Positions 1 through 7,838 are shown, counted from the stretch's first letter. The stretch: DNA of 32,000 nucleotides from Methylorubrum extorquens (GCA_900234795.1 LT962688.1:1590001-1622000); one strand, 5' to 3'. Made by a program: numbers and translations. The notes: generated by a model from the sequence alone, not told the origin.

Positions 1-550
1 GTTCTGCCGGAGCGACAAACAGGCTGTGGTGCCGGCCCTGCACCTCTTCCAGCTTGTAGCCGACAGCGTCGAGGAAGCCGGTATTGGCCATGAGGATGGT
101 GCCATCCAGGGCAAACTCGATTGTGGCGCGCGAGCAGCTGATGGCCTTAAGGACCGCCGCGTGATCGGCGCTGCTCTGCTGCTGTGCCGTGACATCGACC
201 GCGAGGAGAACGATTTTGCTCACCCGACCGGTACGGTCGAGCACGGGGCAGTAGCTGACCTGCAGCCAGATCGCGTCGCGCTGCTTGGTGAGATGCCGAG
301 AGCACGCGGTCCGGGACTCGCCTCGGGTCACCGCCGCCCAGAGTTCCTGCTGCTCCGCGCGGGTCGCCTCGTACGGGTCCCGGACGACATCCAGTGTGTG
401 GCCCTGCAATTCGTCGAAGCTATACCCAAGCCAGTCGAGATAGCATGTATTGGCACTCAAGACGGTGCCAGCCGGCGTGAGCTCCACCATGCCATGCGCA
501 CGACCGAAAGCGTGCAACACGGCATGATCGCCGCGAAAGAACAGCGACAT
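1..550 (-). CDS. PAS-PAS sensor protein, N-terminal part (probably a soluble PAS-containing methyl-accepting chemotaxis protein); the 3' end lies beyond the window start
   Basis: Absent from the ORF track because it is open at the window edge. My minus-strand translation from ATG 550-548 reads MSLFFRGDHAVLHAFGRAHGMVELTPAGTVLSANTCYLDWLGYSFDELQGHTLDVVRDPYE...DHAAVLKAISCSRATIEFALDGTILMANTGFLDAVGYKLEEVQGRHHSLFVAPAE. It contains two tandem PAS-like blocks with the IEF-x-LDG-TI-x-AN..FL..GY...E..G.HHS.FV pattern typical of PAS chemoreceptors. The listed + ORF 26..583 is its antisense shadow. Confidence 0.7.
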   Translation of the reverse strand, partial: MSLFFRGDHAVLHAFGRAHGMVELTPAGTVLSANTCYLDWLGYSFDELQGHTLDVVRDPYEATRAEQQELWAAVTRGESRTACSRHLTKQRDAIWLQVSYCPVLDRTGRVSKIVLLAVDVTAQQQSSADHAAVLKAISCSRATIEFALDGTILMANTGFLDAVGYKLEEVQGRHHSLFVAPAE

Positions 551-680
551 GCATCCATCCCAGAGGCGGCATTGTTCGATTGAACCGCGCCCCTTTGGAG
601 GACGGGAGCGCCGCACTGCCGCCAAGCGGTCTGCCGTTGGACAAGATGGGCAATCAGGTCCTAAAAACTCGTTAAACTAC

Positions 681-1511
681 CTATTGATCTTTGTTGTTAC
701 TGATTTTTCTCACAAGTTGTACGCCGGGATCGGCCGCATCATGCCCGAGAAATACAATCCCTTCGCCTTCCAGAGCCTCCTTGATTTTTACTGTCGTGGA
801 CGGGCTACTTGGACGGCTTTGCTCATCCGCCTCCATTCGTTTGATGGTATTCGGTGAGAGGCCAGTTTTCAGGCTCAGCTCGTCGATGGACCAGCCGAGC
901 ATCGCCCTGGCCGCACGAACCTGCAGGCCTGTGATCAGGGATGGCGTTTCGGTACGCGGCTTACCCTGTGCGAAATGTGGGAAGACCCTGTTTTGTCCGG
1001 ATGCAAGGGTTCTCAACCAGATTTCATCTGTAATCACCTGCGCCAATCGGGCTAACAGCCGGCTGTCTTCTTCGTTGAAGGCGCGCAATTTCCTGTCGAT
1101 GAGGCAGAGCGAGCCGATCCTTGCCCCTGGTGCGACGATGAGGGGCGCGCCCGCATAGAAGCGGATGAAGGGCTCCCCGGTCACGAGCGGATTCAGGGCG
1201 AAATCAGCATGGGCGCGCGCATCGGGAACCACGAACACGCTGTCGTGCAGGATCGTATAGTTGCAGAAGGCCTGTTCCCGCGGCGTGCCCGAGACGTGCA
1301 GGCCGCACTTGGCCTTGAACCATTGTCGGTCCTCATCGAGCAGGGAAATCAGCGCGATCGGGACATCGAAGAGGGTCTGGGCCAGCTGAGTGATGCGGTC
1401 GAAGGCTGGATCCGGTGGTGTGTCGAGCAGCTGCAAGCGATGCAAGGCGGCAAGCCGCCGGCTCTCGCTCTGGCCCGGCGGCATGGGCCATGTCAGTGCT
1501 GTTCTGGTCAT
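681..1511 (-). CDS. GAF-domain protein fused to a C-terminal XRE/Cro-C1-type helix-turn-helix (one-component regulator)
   Basis: Derived from ORF 681..1616. Its first 35 codons run through repeat A copy 1, so I moved the start to ATG 1511 (MTRTALTWP...). The GAF block is LLDTPPDPAFDRITQLAQTLFDVPIALISLLDEDRQWFKAKCGL...FIRFYAGAPL. The C-terminal LITGLQVRAARAMLGWSIDELSLKTGLSPNTIKRME matches an HTH_3-type motif. Confidence 0.85.
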   Translation of the reverse strand: MTRTALTWPMPPGQSESRRLAALHRLQLLDTPPDPAFDRITQLAQTLFDVPIALISLLDEDRQWFKAKCGLHVSGTPREQAFCNYTILHDSVFVVPDARAHADFALNPLVTGEPFIRFYAGAPLIVAPGARIGSLCLIDRKLRAFNEEDSRLLARLAQVITDEIWLRTLASGQNRVFPHFAQGKPRTETPSLITGLQVRAARAMLGWSIDELSLKTGLSPNTIKRMEADEQSRPSSPSTTVKIKEALEGEGIVFLGHDAADPGVQLVRKISNNKDQ

Positions 1512-1552
1512 CGCTTGCACAGCCGATCCGCTCGAGAGACGCCGACCCCATT

Positions 1553-1636
1553 GCATCAGGCCGGCGTCTCTCGGTCTTTGTTTCACTGCGCTTTCTTTCG
1601 CCGAACCGGCGTCCACTTCGTCGGAAAGCGCTCTGA
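1553..1636 (+). repeat. Interspersed structured repeat, family A, copy 1
   Basis: GCATCAGGCCGGCGTCTCTCGGTCTTTGTTTCACTGCGCTTTCTTTCGCCGAACCGGCGTCCACTTCGTCGGAAAGCGCTCTGA. By hand count it is about 87-89 percent identical to the copies at 2709-2792 and 25028-25111. It has an internal hairpin GCGCTTTC...GAAAGCGC. The upstream flank 1532-1546 also pairs with CGGCGTCTCTCG of the repeat. Confidence 0.85.
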
Positions 1637-1930
1637 CAGGCGGCTTTGTATCAAGGCCGCGACGTACAACGGAGAAGGGGTCTGATCGGCGCGGGAACGA
1701 TATCCCACGCCGACGAAGAGCGGACCGTTGTAGGTTGAGCGTCTTGGCTCAGTGACGCCTGGGGCTGCATGGCAGCGATGCGGAGCGGTCAACGCCAAGA
1801 TCGATTGCGCAAAATGCAAGGATCGTCTTGTCGTGCCCGCCGCGTCTTCGAGCCGTATCGCTCAAGATTGGGCGTTCGAGCACACAATCGTCGTGGCCGC
1901 TTTATCGCGTGAGACCGTCTCCGGCGTCGC

Positions 1931-2689
1931 TCACGTCGTGGCGTTCGCTTCGGCGGGCGTCATCGCCACAAGGACGATCAAGCCGATCAAGATCATGATC
2001 GGTAGCGCGATACAGCCGAAGGCCAGATGGGCGATCCCGAAGGCGCCGCACAGAGCGCCCGCGGCGAAGGTCACGATGGCCGGCAACACCCGCAGCAGCC
2101 GCGCGCGCGCGTCTGAGCCGGGTTCCCTGACGTTCTCAGGGCAAGATCCATGGCATCGATGACCGCTTGACTGACGCTGACCGTCATCACCGTGGTCGGA
2201 GCGAGATGGCCGAGGGAGAGGCGACCGATCGCGTTCTGCACGCCCATGGCCGCGACAGCGAGCATGCCGACGATCAGCGCCGGGGCACCGTCCGGCGCAT
2301 CGAGTGGCGCCCATAGCGACCCGCACAAGCCGAAACCCGCGAGGAGAACGGCCTCAACGGCGAGCAGCCAAGGCAGCGGATCGGCATCCCGCCGCTGCAG
2401 GAGCAGCGCAAGGACACGGGCCCCCCGCCACGGCCGCCATGAAAACGGGCAGAGCCAGAAGCTTCGCCAGCACGCCGGTCGAGCTCGCGACCAATTCAGC
2501 ACCGATCAGGACGAAATTTCCGGTGACATGGGCCGTGAACAGGCCTGTCAGCGCGATGAAAGCCGCGGCATCGACGAAGCCGGCGACGAAGGCAAGGGCG
2601 GTTCCAGCGGATGTGCCGCCATCCGTGATCTGCGGCTTCACGAGACTTTCCCTGGTTTGTAGGCAGCGGAGGCGGCACCCTGCGCTCAA
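1931..2689 (-). pseudogene. YoaK/DUF1275-family membrane protein gene interrupted by two frameshifts
   Basis: Three minus-strand ORF pieces together match the DUF1275 layout. The first runs 2689 to ~2425 (..LAFVAGFVDAAAFIALTGLFTAHVTGNFVLIGAELV..LLALPVFMAAVA). The second runs ~2425 to ~2115 in another frame (LLAVEAVLLAGFGL..MLAVAAMGVQNAIGRLSLGHLAPTTVMTVSVSQAVIDAMDLAL). The third runs ~2115 to 1931, back in the first frame (ARARLLRVLPAIVTFAAGALCGAFGIAHL). The shifts coincide with a C6 run (2421-2426) and a (CG)n tract (~2101-2112). An alternative start is GTG 2641. Confidence 0.65.
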
Positions 2690-2693
2690 GCCG

Positions 2694-2792
2694 CATCCGA
2701 CCTGATTTGCATCAGGCCGGCGCCTCTCGGCCTTTGTTTCAACGCGCTTTCTTTTGCCGAACCGGCGGCCGCTTCGTCGAAAAGCGCTCTAA
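2694..2792 (+). repeat. Interspersed structured repeat, family A, copy 2
   Basis: CATCCGACCTGATTTGCATCAGGCCGGCGCCTCTCGGCCTTTGTTTCAACGCGCTTTCTTTTGCCGAACCGGCGGCCGCTTCGTCGAAAAGCGCTCTAA. It is in the same orientation as copies 1 and 3 and carries a 5' hairpin CCGACCTGAT/ATCAGGCCGG. Confidence 0.85.
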
Positions 2793-3007
2793 TCGTCGAG
2801 TGGCGTTTCCGTCATGGCCGCCGGAATCTGTGGGCTGGCGTAGTAGTCCGGCCAAGTCTTGCAAAGGAGCATGACCAAAATGACCAGCACGACGGTCGCA
2901 AGAAGGAAGGCGAGCGCTTCCGTGACCTGATGCGCCCATCGGCCGGATGCCGGGATTGCGACGAAGCCGCCGATGAAGATCATGGCGATGGCAACGGGAG
3001 CGGTCAC
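2789..3007 (-). CDS. Small hypothetical membrane protein (two predicted hydrophobic helices)
   Basis: 72-aa ORF (GTG start) reading ..APVAIAMIFIGGFVAIPASGRWAHQVTEALAFLLATVVLVILVMLLCKTWPDYY.. Third-codon positions are G/C-rich and the hydrophobic pattern is coherent. It is divergent from the LysR gene. No family was recognised. Confidence 0.45.
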   Translation of the reverse strand: MTAPVAIAMIFIGGFVAIPASGRWAHQVTEALAFLLATVVLVILVMLLCKTWPDYYASPQIPAAMTETPLDD

Positions 3008-3104
3008 TGAGCGGCTCGGCGATGGTGCTACGAATCGGGTTCGGCCTGGACCCTAAGCCCACCGGGCTCCCGAGCGGTAAGGATATCGGCTATCACGAAC
3101 CGTG

Positions 3105-3974
3105 ATGAGCAACCTCAATGTCGACCAGATCCGCTCCTTCCTGGCCGTCTTTGAAAGCGGCAGCTTCACGGCCGCTGCGCAGACCCTCGGCCTGCAGCAA
3201 TCCACGGTCAGCGGGCATATCGCGCGGCTGGAACAGGCGCTGGGCCGCTCCCTCCTCATGCGGGACACGCATCGGGTCGCCCTGACGCCGGACGGTCAAG
3301 CCATGATCGGCTTTGCGCGCGACCTGCTGGAGGCGCACGACCGGCTGCGCGCCTTCTTCTCGCCGGGCGGCCTGCGCGGCCGCATCCGCCTCGGCGTCTC
3401 CGAAGACTATACACTGTCGGCCCTGGCCCAGGTTCTGGCGCGGTTCGCGGATGGCCACCCTTCCGTCGATCTGCAGCTAACGGTCGGTCTCAGCCGGGCC
3501 CTCTACCAGGGCTACGATGCGGGCGAACTGGACGTGATCTTCTGCAAGCGCCGCCGCGGCGATCCGCGCGGTGAATTGGCCTGGGCGGAAGAGCTGATCT
3601 GGGTGGGCCGGCCCGGCTTCGTCCCCGATCCGGCCTTGCCACTGCCGTTGGTCCTCTATCCGCCGCCCTCGATCACGCGCACCCTGGCGCTCGATGCCCT
3701 CGAAGCGGCGGGGCGTTCCTGGCGGATCGCCTGCACCAGCGGCAGCCTGATGGGGTTGCGCGCCGCCGTCGAAGCCGGTCTGGGCATCGCGCCGCACTCG
3801 GCCCAGGTGACGCCACCGGGACTGGCTCCGATTCCGGCGACGGCCGGATTGCCGCCGATCGGCGAGGTCGAGTTCGTGGTGCTCGGCTCGGGCCGACAGC
3901 ATCCCGCCGCGACGGCGTTACAGGAGGCGATCCTCGCAAGCACGGCGGAGCTTCAAGCCGTTCCCGAAGGGTGA
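3105..3974 (+). CDS. LysR-family transcriptional regulator
   Basis: The N-terminal HTH reads MSNLNVDQIRSFLAVFESGSFTAAAQTLGLQQSTVSGHIARLEQALGRSLLMRDTHRVALTPDG, followed by a LysR substrate-binding-type C-terminus. The ORF opens at GTG 3102, with ATG at 3105. Confidence 0.93.
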   Translation: MSNLNVDQIRSFLAVFESGSFTAAAQTLGLQQSTVSGHIARLEQALGRSLLMRDTHRVALTPDGQAMIGFARDLLEAHDRLRAFFSPGGLRGRIRLGVSEDYTLSALAQVLARFADGHPSVDLQLTVGLSRALYQGYDAGELDVIFCKRRRGDPRGELAWAEELIWVGRPGFVPDPALPLPLVLYPPPSITRTLALDALEAAGRSWRIACTSGSLMGLRAAVEAGLGIAPHSAQVTPPGLAPIPATAGLPPIGEVEFVVLGSGRQHPAATALQEAILASTAELQAVPEG

Positions 3975-4957
3975 GGCTCTCGATGCCGAGCCTCGCGCCG
4001 CACGTCCCTAGGGCGATGGCCGGTGGCAAGGAGAAATGGAAGTAAGACCGAAACAAACGCCTTCGGATGCGAGTAGTTGATCCCATGGGCGGCGCCGGGG
4101 ATGACAGCAAGACGGCCGCGAGGCAGGGCCGCTGCAAGGCTCGTCACAAATGCATAGGGGACGATGTAGTCACGCGTGCCCCAAACCACGAGCGTCGGCT
4201 GCGTGACTCGGAGCACCTTCTCTCCGATGCGGTTACCGACCATGCTGCGTAAGGTCAGGATGTAGCGCTTGATCCCACCACGGGCATAGTCGGCGAGCGC
4301 TACCCAAGCGAGCGACCAGCGCTCGAACGGTGCAATGGCAAAGAAGCCGAGCACTTGCCGGACGAGGCCGCGCGACTCCGGGTCCGGCGTCGGCCCCTGC
4401 AGGACAAGGCGGTCGACGCGCTGCGGGTGAACGAGAGCCAATTCGACCAAAACCTCGCAGCCGAGCGAATTGCCGATCAAGGCCGCGCGATCGATCCCGA
4501 TCGCGTCCATCCAGGCCGCCAGCGCATCGGCCAACTCGCGAACCGTGAGCACGTGAGGCGGCTTGTCGCTCAAGCCGAAGCCGGGCAGGTCAGGCGCGTA
4601 GACCCGGCGGTAAGGGGCGAGTTGCCGCGCGAGCGGGATCATGTAGCGGCTCGACATCCCAAGCCCGTGGACCAGGATCACGGGCAGGCTGTCATCGGGT
4701 ACGGGATCGACCGAGACACGGGCATGCATCGTCCGGCCGTTGACGCGAGTGTGCCTTGCCGCGAGCCGGCCCAGATGTTGGCTGTGCTCCCCCCTGGCAC
4801 GCCGTCGTGCCAACGAGTTCGCCAGGGCCAGACGAACCAGGATTGCGCCAGCCGTCACAACGATCCACCGCAGGGGCACGCAACTTCCCGTTTCAGCCAA
4901 AGCCGCTCTCGAACGGAGCGCCGAGAAGAACCAGCCCCGCGAAACGCAACGGCTCAA
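3953..4957 (-). CDS. Alpha/beta-fold hydrolase
   Basis: Contains VILVHGLGMSSRYMIPLARQLAPYRRVYAPDLPGFGLSDKP...ALIGNSLGCEVLVELALVHPQRVDRLVLQGP, i.e. an HG oxyanion motif and a GxSxG nucleophile elbow (GNSLG). The start is uncertain: TTG 4957 opens the ORF, while GTG 4879 would give an N-terminal membrane anchor (PLRWIVVTAGAILVRLALA). Confidence 0.85.
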   Translation of the reverse strand: MSRCVSRGWFFSALRSRAALAETGSCVPLRWIVVTAGAILVRLALANSLARRRARGEHSQHLGRLAARHTRVNGRTMHARVSVDPVPDDSLPVILVHGLGMSSRYMIPLARQLAPYRRVYAPDLPGFGLSDKPPHVLTVRELADALAAWMDAIGIDRAALIGNSLGCEVLVELALVHPQRVDRLVLQGPTPDPESRGLVRQVLGFFAIAPFERWSLAWVALADYARGGIKRYILTLRSMVGNRIGEKVLRVTQPTLVVWGTRDYIVPYAFVTSLAAALPRGRLAVIPGAAHGINYSHPKAFVSVLLPFLLATGHRPRDVRREARHREPHPSGTA

Positions 4958-5325
4958 GAGATTGTTTCGGAGGGCCCAGCTTCCAGCCGTTCGTCAAGGC
5001 CAAGGAGCGGGCGACGTCGGCAAATGGGACGCATTGCCCATCCCCAATGCCTCCGAGCGTTTCAAACTTGAAGGGGGTCAAATCACCCAAAAGCTGTCGG
5101 GAGAAGCAAAGCTGCAAAACCGGGTTCACCGTGATGTTTGATTCAAGTCATTGCTGAGAAATCGCCGGCCCATGATTGTCAGCGTCATCATGCTCCCATC
5201 ATCTCGCCGGTCGACCCGATTGTTTGTGTGCGGCTCTCGGTCAGATCTATAAGGCCTATAGACGTCGAGGTGGTGCTTGGACGCATCAATATTTTAATGT
5301 GCCGGACGGGTAGGGATATATCTTA

Positions 5326-6402
5326 ATGATACAGAATCGTCCGATCAGAATTCTCGTGTCGATCGTGGCGTTTTGCGCCGTGCTCCAAGTTGCTGTTGAG
5401 CCCGCCGCGGCCTGCTCCCGCTTCGTTTACCTTGGACGAGACGGCAAGATTTTCACGGCCCGGTCGATGGACTGGGAAAAGCCCATCGGAACCGACCTCT
5501 ACATCCTGCCGCGAGGGATGGCGCGCAATGGTGAGGTCGGGCCTGCTTCGATCCGGTGGACGTCGAAATATGGATCCTTGGTCGCGACAGCGTTCGACAA
5601 TTCGACCTCGGACGGCGCCAACGAAGCGGGCCTTACGGCCAATGTGCTCTGGCTTGAAGAGTCGCAGTACCCGGCTTTCGACGGCAAGGGCCCGCCTGGA
5701 TTGGCGATCTCAGTCTGGGCGCAATACGCTCTCGACAACTTCGCGACCGTCGATGAAGCCGTTGCCGCCCTCGAGAAGCAACCCTTCACGCTCGTGACGA
5801 GCGTGATTCCCGGCACTCAGGTCATCGCAAATGTCCATATGTCCCTGTCCGATTCCAGCGGGGACAGTGCCATCATCGAATATATCGATGGCAAGCAGGT
5901 CATCCATCATGGGCGCCAATACCAAGTGATGACGAACTCTCCGACCTACGAACAGCAGCTTGCCCTTGCATCCTACTGGTCACAGATCGGCGGAACGGTC
6001 ATGCTGCCCGGTACGAACCGCGCGTCGGATCGCTTCGCCCGCGCCTCCTTCTACGTCAAATCGATCCCGCAGGATGGAGACCCGGATCACCTCTTTGCCA
6101 GCGTATACGGCATCATACGCAATGTTTCCGTGCCACTTGGACTTTCGACGCCGGAGAAACCGGAAATATCCTCCACACGCTGGCGCACGGTCTTCGATCA
6201 CAAGCGCCGCCTCTATTTCTTCGAATCGGCGCTTTCACCCAACACGTTCTGGACCGACCTGAATCAGATCGATTTCTCCAAGGAAACGGGGAAAGTGCTG
6301 AAACTCGATCTCGGCGTCGATCAGGCCAACGTCTTCGCCGGAAACGCGACACGGTCCTATCGCGCGTCGGAGCCTTTTCCCTTTGCCGGACTGCCGCGAT
6401 AG
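5326..6402 (+). CDS. Secreted Ntn-hydrolase of the choloylglycine hydrolase / linear amide C-N hydrolase family
   Basis: A signal peptide (MIQNRPIRILVSIVAFCAVLQVAVEPAAA) is followed directly by CSRF, the position of the N-terminal nucleophile Cys. It also contains ARSMDW...GANEAGL.. motifs. An AT-rich promoter-like region lies at 5130-5325. Confidence 0.88.
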   Translation: MIQNRPIRILVSIVAFCAVLQVAVEPAAACSRFVYLGRDGKIFTARSMDWEKPIGTDLYILPRGMARNGEVGPASIRWTSKYGSLVATAFDNSTSDGANEAGLTANVLWLEESQYPAFDGKGPPGLAISVWAQYALDNFATVDEAVAALEKQPFTLVTSVIPGTQVIANVHMSLSDSSGDSAIIEYIDGKQVIHHGRQYQVMTNSPTYEQQLALASYWSQIGGTVMLPGTNRASDRFARASFYVKSIPQDGDPDHLFASVYGIIRNVSVPLGLSTPEKPEISSTRWRTVFDHKRRLYFFESALSPNTFWTDLNQIDFSKETGKVLKLDLGVDQANVFAGNATRSYRASEPFPFAGLPR

Positions 6403-6408
6403 AGGCCG

Positions 6409-6579
6409 CTACAAACCGCCTGCGAGCAGAGCAGCCTTTCGGAGCATGAGGCGGACGAAGGCGACGCGATGCAGGTCTGCCTGCGCGCCGGCAGAGCGCT
6501 CGTCGTCTTCGACAAGCCGGCGGAAGCGGGTGGCCCAGGCAAAGGAGCGCTCGACGATCCAGCGCCTGGGCGGCAGCTT
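6409..6579 (-). mobile_element. Remnant of an IS4/IS5-superfamily DDE transposase gene (C-terminal ~56 codons only)
   Basis: The tail of minus ORF 6409..7209 reads KLPPRRWIVERSFAWATRFRRLVEDDERSAGAQADLHRVAFVRLMLRKAALLAGGL*. This matches the conserved RRW-VER-FAW...RRL..D.ER C-terminus of IS5-type transposases. The rest of that ORF is antisense to the esterase gene. The remnant fills the whole gap between the stop codons at 6402 and 6579. Confidence 0.7.
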
Positions 6580-7838
6580 TATTGTTGTCTGGTATCGCTT
6601 CCACCTGTGTGCGCCATGAAGAAGCGCACCATCTCGCGGCTGGCGTCTGGACCGCGGGGATCCGTGTAGGTGCCGTTCGGGCTTCCGCCGGACCAGGCAT
6701 GACCCGCTCCATGCAGAACCCACTGCTCCAACACCTCTCGGCCCGAAGGATCGGACTGAACGCTGCGGGTGTAGGTCATGCCACCTGGGCTCTCCCCGTG
6801 AGTGACGACTTTCCCCAAGGCTCCCTCCGGCTTGGCTTGAGCGATGATGCGGTCGCCGTTGGCTGCGTTGACGGTGCGGTCCGCATCGCCGTGGAAGACG
6901 ATGGTCGGGACCGACATGCGCGCTCCCAAAGGCTGAGCCGTCCCGCCGCCGTTCATGGCCGCAAAGGCGGAGGGCATATCCTTGGCCGCACCATAGGGAA
7001 GCCCGGAATGGACGCCGATTGCCGCGAACAGATCCGGGTAGGTCGCCGCCATGATCGCTGCGGCCGCTCCGCCGGCCGACAATCCCGCGACGTAGACCCG
7101 TCTGGGATCGGCCGAGAACTCGCGGATGACGTCCTGGGCAATCCCCGCGATCAGCGAAGGCTCGCCCGAGCCGCGCTGCTGATCGGCCGCGTTGAACCAG
7201 TTCCAGCACTTCTGCATGTTGGCCGATTGAGGCTGGCCGGGATAGGCCACCAAGAAGGTCTGCTCTTCGGCCAGCGCGTTCATCCGTGTCCCGGATGCAA
7301 AGTCATCGGGCGACTGGGTACAGCCGTGCAGCATGACGACGAGAGGAAGAGCTTGGCCGGTATAGCCGCTCGGGACATAGACTTTGTATGTCCGGCTGCC
7401 CGCCGCGTTTGAGAAAGTCCGCTCCTCGTATCGAGCCCCATCCGGGACCGGGACCGGAGCTCGCTGTGGCGATCCGAGACCATCCGCGAGGCCAGAGATC
7501 CCGCCCATCTTGGGAAAGCGCTCGCGCAAGGAGCGCAAGGTCTCTGCAAGCCCTTGCCGTTCCGAGGGACTTGTCCGGTCAGTGGGCGCTTCGCCAGCTG
7601 TCCCCTGACCGAAGCCCGGTGCGGTCCACGCTCCACCCGGGGCCCGAGGCGCGACCATGTCGATCGTCGACGCGGGTCGTGCGGTGCTGGCGTCCTTGCC
7701 GGGTGCACTCTCCGGCGTGCCCGCTTGCGGCTTGGCGGAGGCCGAGCGTCCCTGAAGGAGGGCCATGGCTTCCGTGAGCTGGCCGGCGCGGGTGAGACGG
7801 GTCACCTCACCCATGTCGATGCCGGAGAATGCGTTCAT
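6579..7838 (-). CDS. PHB-depolymerase-family esterase (LpqC-like)
   Basis: Contains TYKVYVPSGYTGQALPLVVMLHGCTQSPDDFASGTRMNALAEEQTFLVAYPGQPQSANMQKCWNWF...VYVAGLSAGGAAAAIMAATYPDLFAAIGVHSGLPYG. I set the start at ATG 7838 (MNAFSGIDMGEVTRLTRAGQLTEAMALLQ), which has AGGA 8 nt upstream. The longer ORF reaching 7997 would run into the upstream gene. Confidence 0.88.
   Translation of the reverse strand: MNAFSGIDMGEVTRLTRAGQLTEAMALLQGRSASAKPQAGTPESAPGKDASTARPASTIDMVAPRAPGGAWTAPGFGQGTAGEAPTDRTSPSERQGLAETLRSLRERFPKMGGISGLADGLGSPQRAPVPVPDGARYEERTFSNAAGSRTYKVYVPSGYTGQALPLVVMLHGCTQSPDDFASGTRMNALAEEQTFLVAYPGQPQSANMQKCWNWFNAADQQRGSGEPSLIAGIAQDVIREFSADPRRVYVAGLSAGGAAAAIMAATYPDLFAAIGVHSGLPYGAAKDMPSAFAAMNGGGTAQPLGARMSVPTIVFHGDADRTVNAANGDRIIAQAKPEGALGKVVTHGESPGGMTYTRSVQSDPSGREVLEQWVLHGAGHAWSGGSPNGTYTDPRGPDASREMVRFFMAHTGGSDTRQQ

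Noticed and set aside
26-583. 185-aa plus-strand ORF at the left edge
   Set aside because: The opposite strand encodes a well-formed PAS-PAS protein running off the window edge, so the plus ORF is its antisense shadow.
1512-1616. N-terminal extension of the GAF-XRE ORF (MDAGSAKESAVKQRPRDAGLMQ...)
   Set aside because: These codons merely translate repeat family A copy 1. A near-identical peptide appears where copy 3 is translated in ORF 25005..25250.
4893-5129. 78-aa minus-strand ORF (GTG start) upstream of the alpha/beta hydrolase (..LGDLTPFKFETLGGIGDGQCVPFADVARSLALTNGWKLG..)
   Set aside because: Its third-position bias is compatible with coding. However, I recognise no family, see no clear SD, and it overlaps the longest version of the hydrolase ORF. 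I leave it unresolved rather than calling it.
5246-5262. TCTATA-aggcc-TATAGA inverted repeat upstream of the Ntn-hydrolase gene
   Set aside because: The arms are only 6 bp, in an AT-rich promoter region, so it is easily a chance occurrence. I note it but do not call it an operator.
6580-7209. Upstream part of minus ORF 6409..7209
   Set aside because: Only the last ~56 codons resemble a transposase. The remainder is out-of-frame overlap with the esterase gene.
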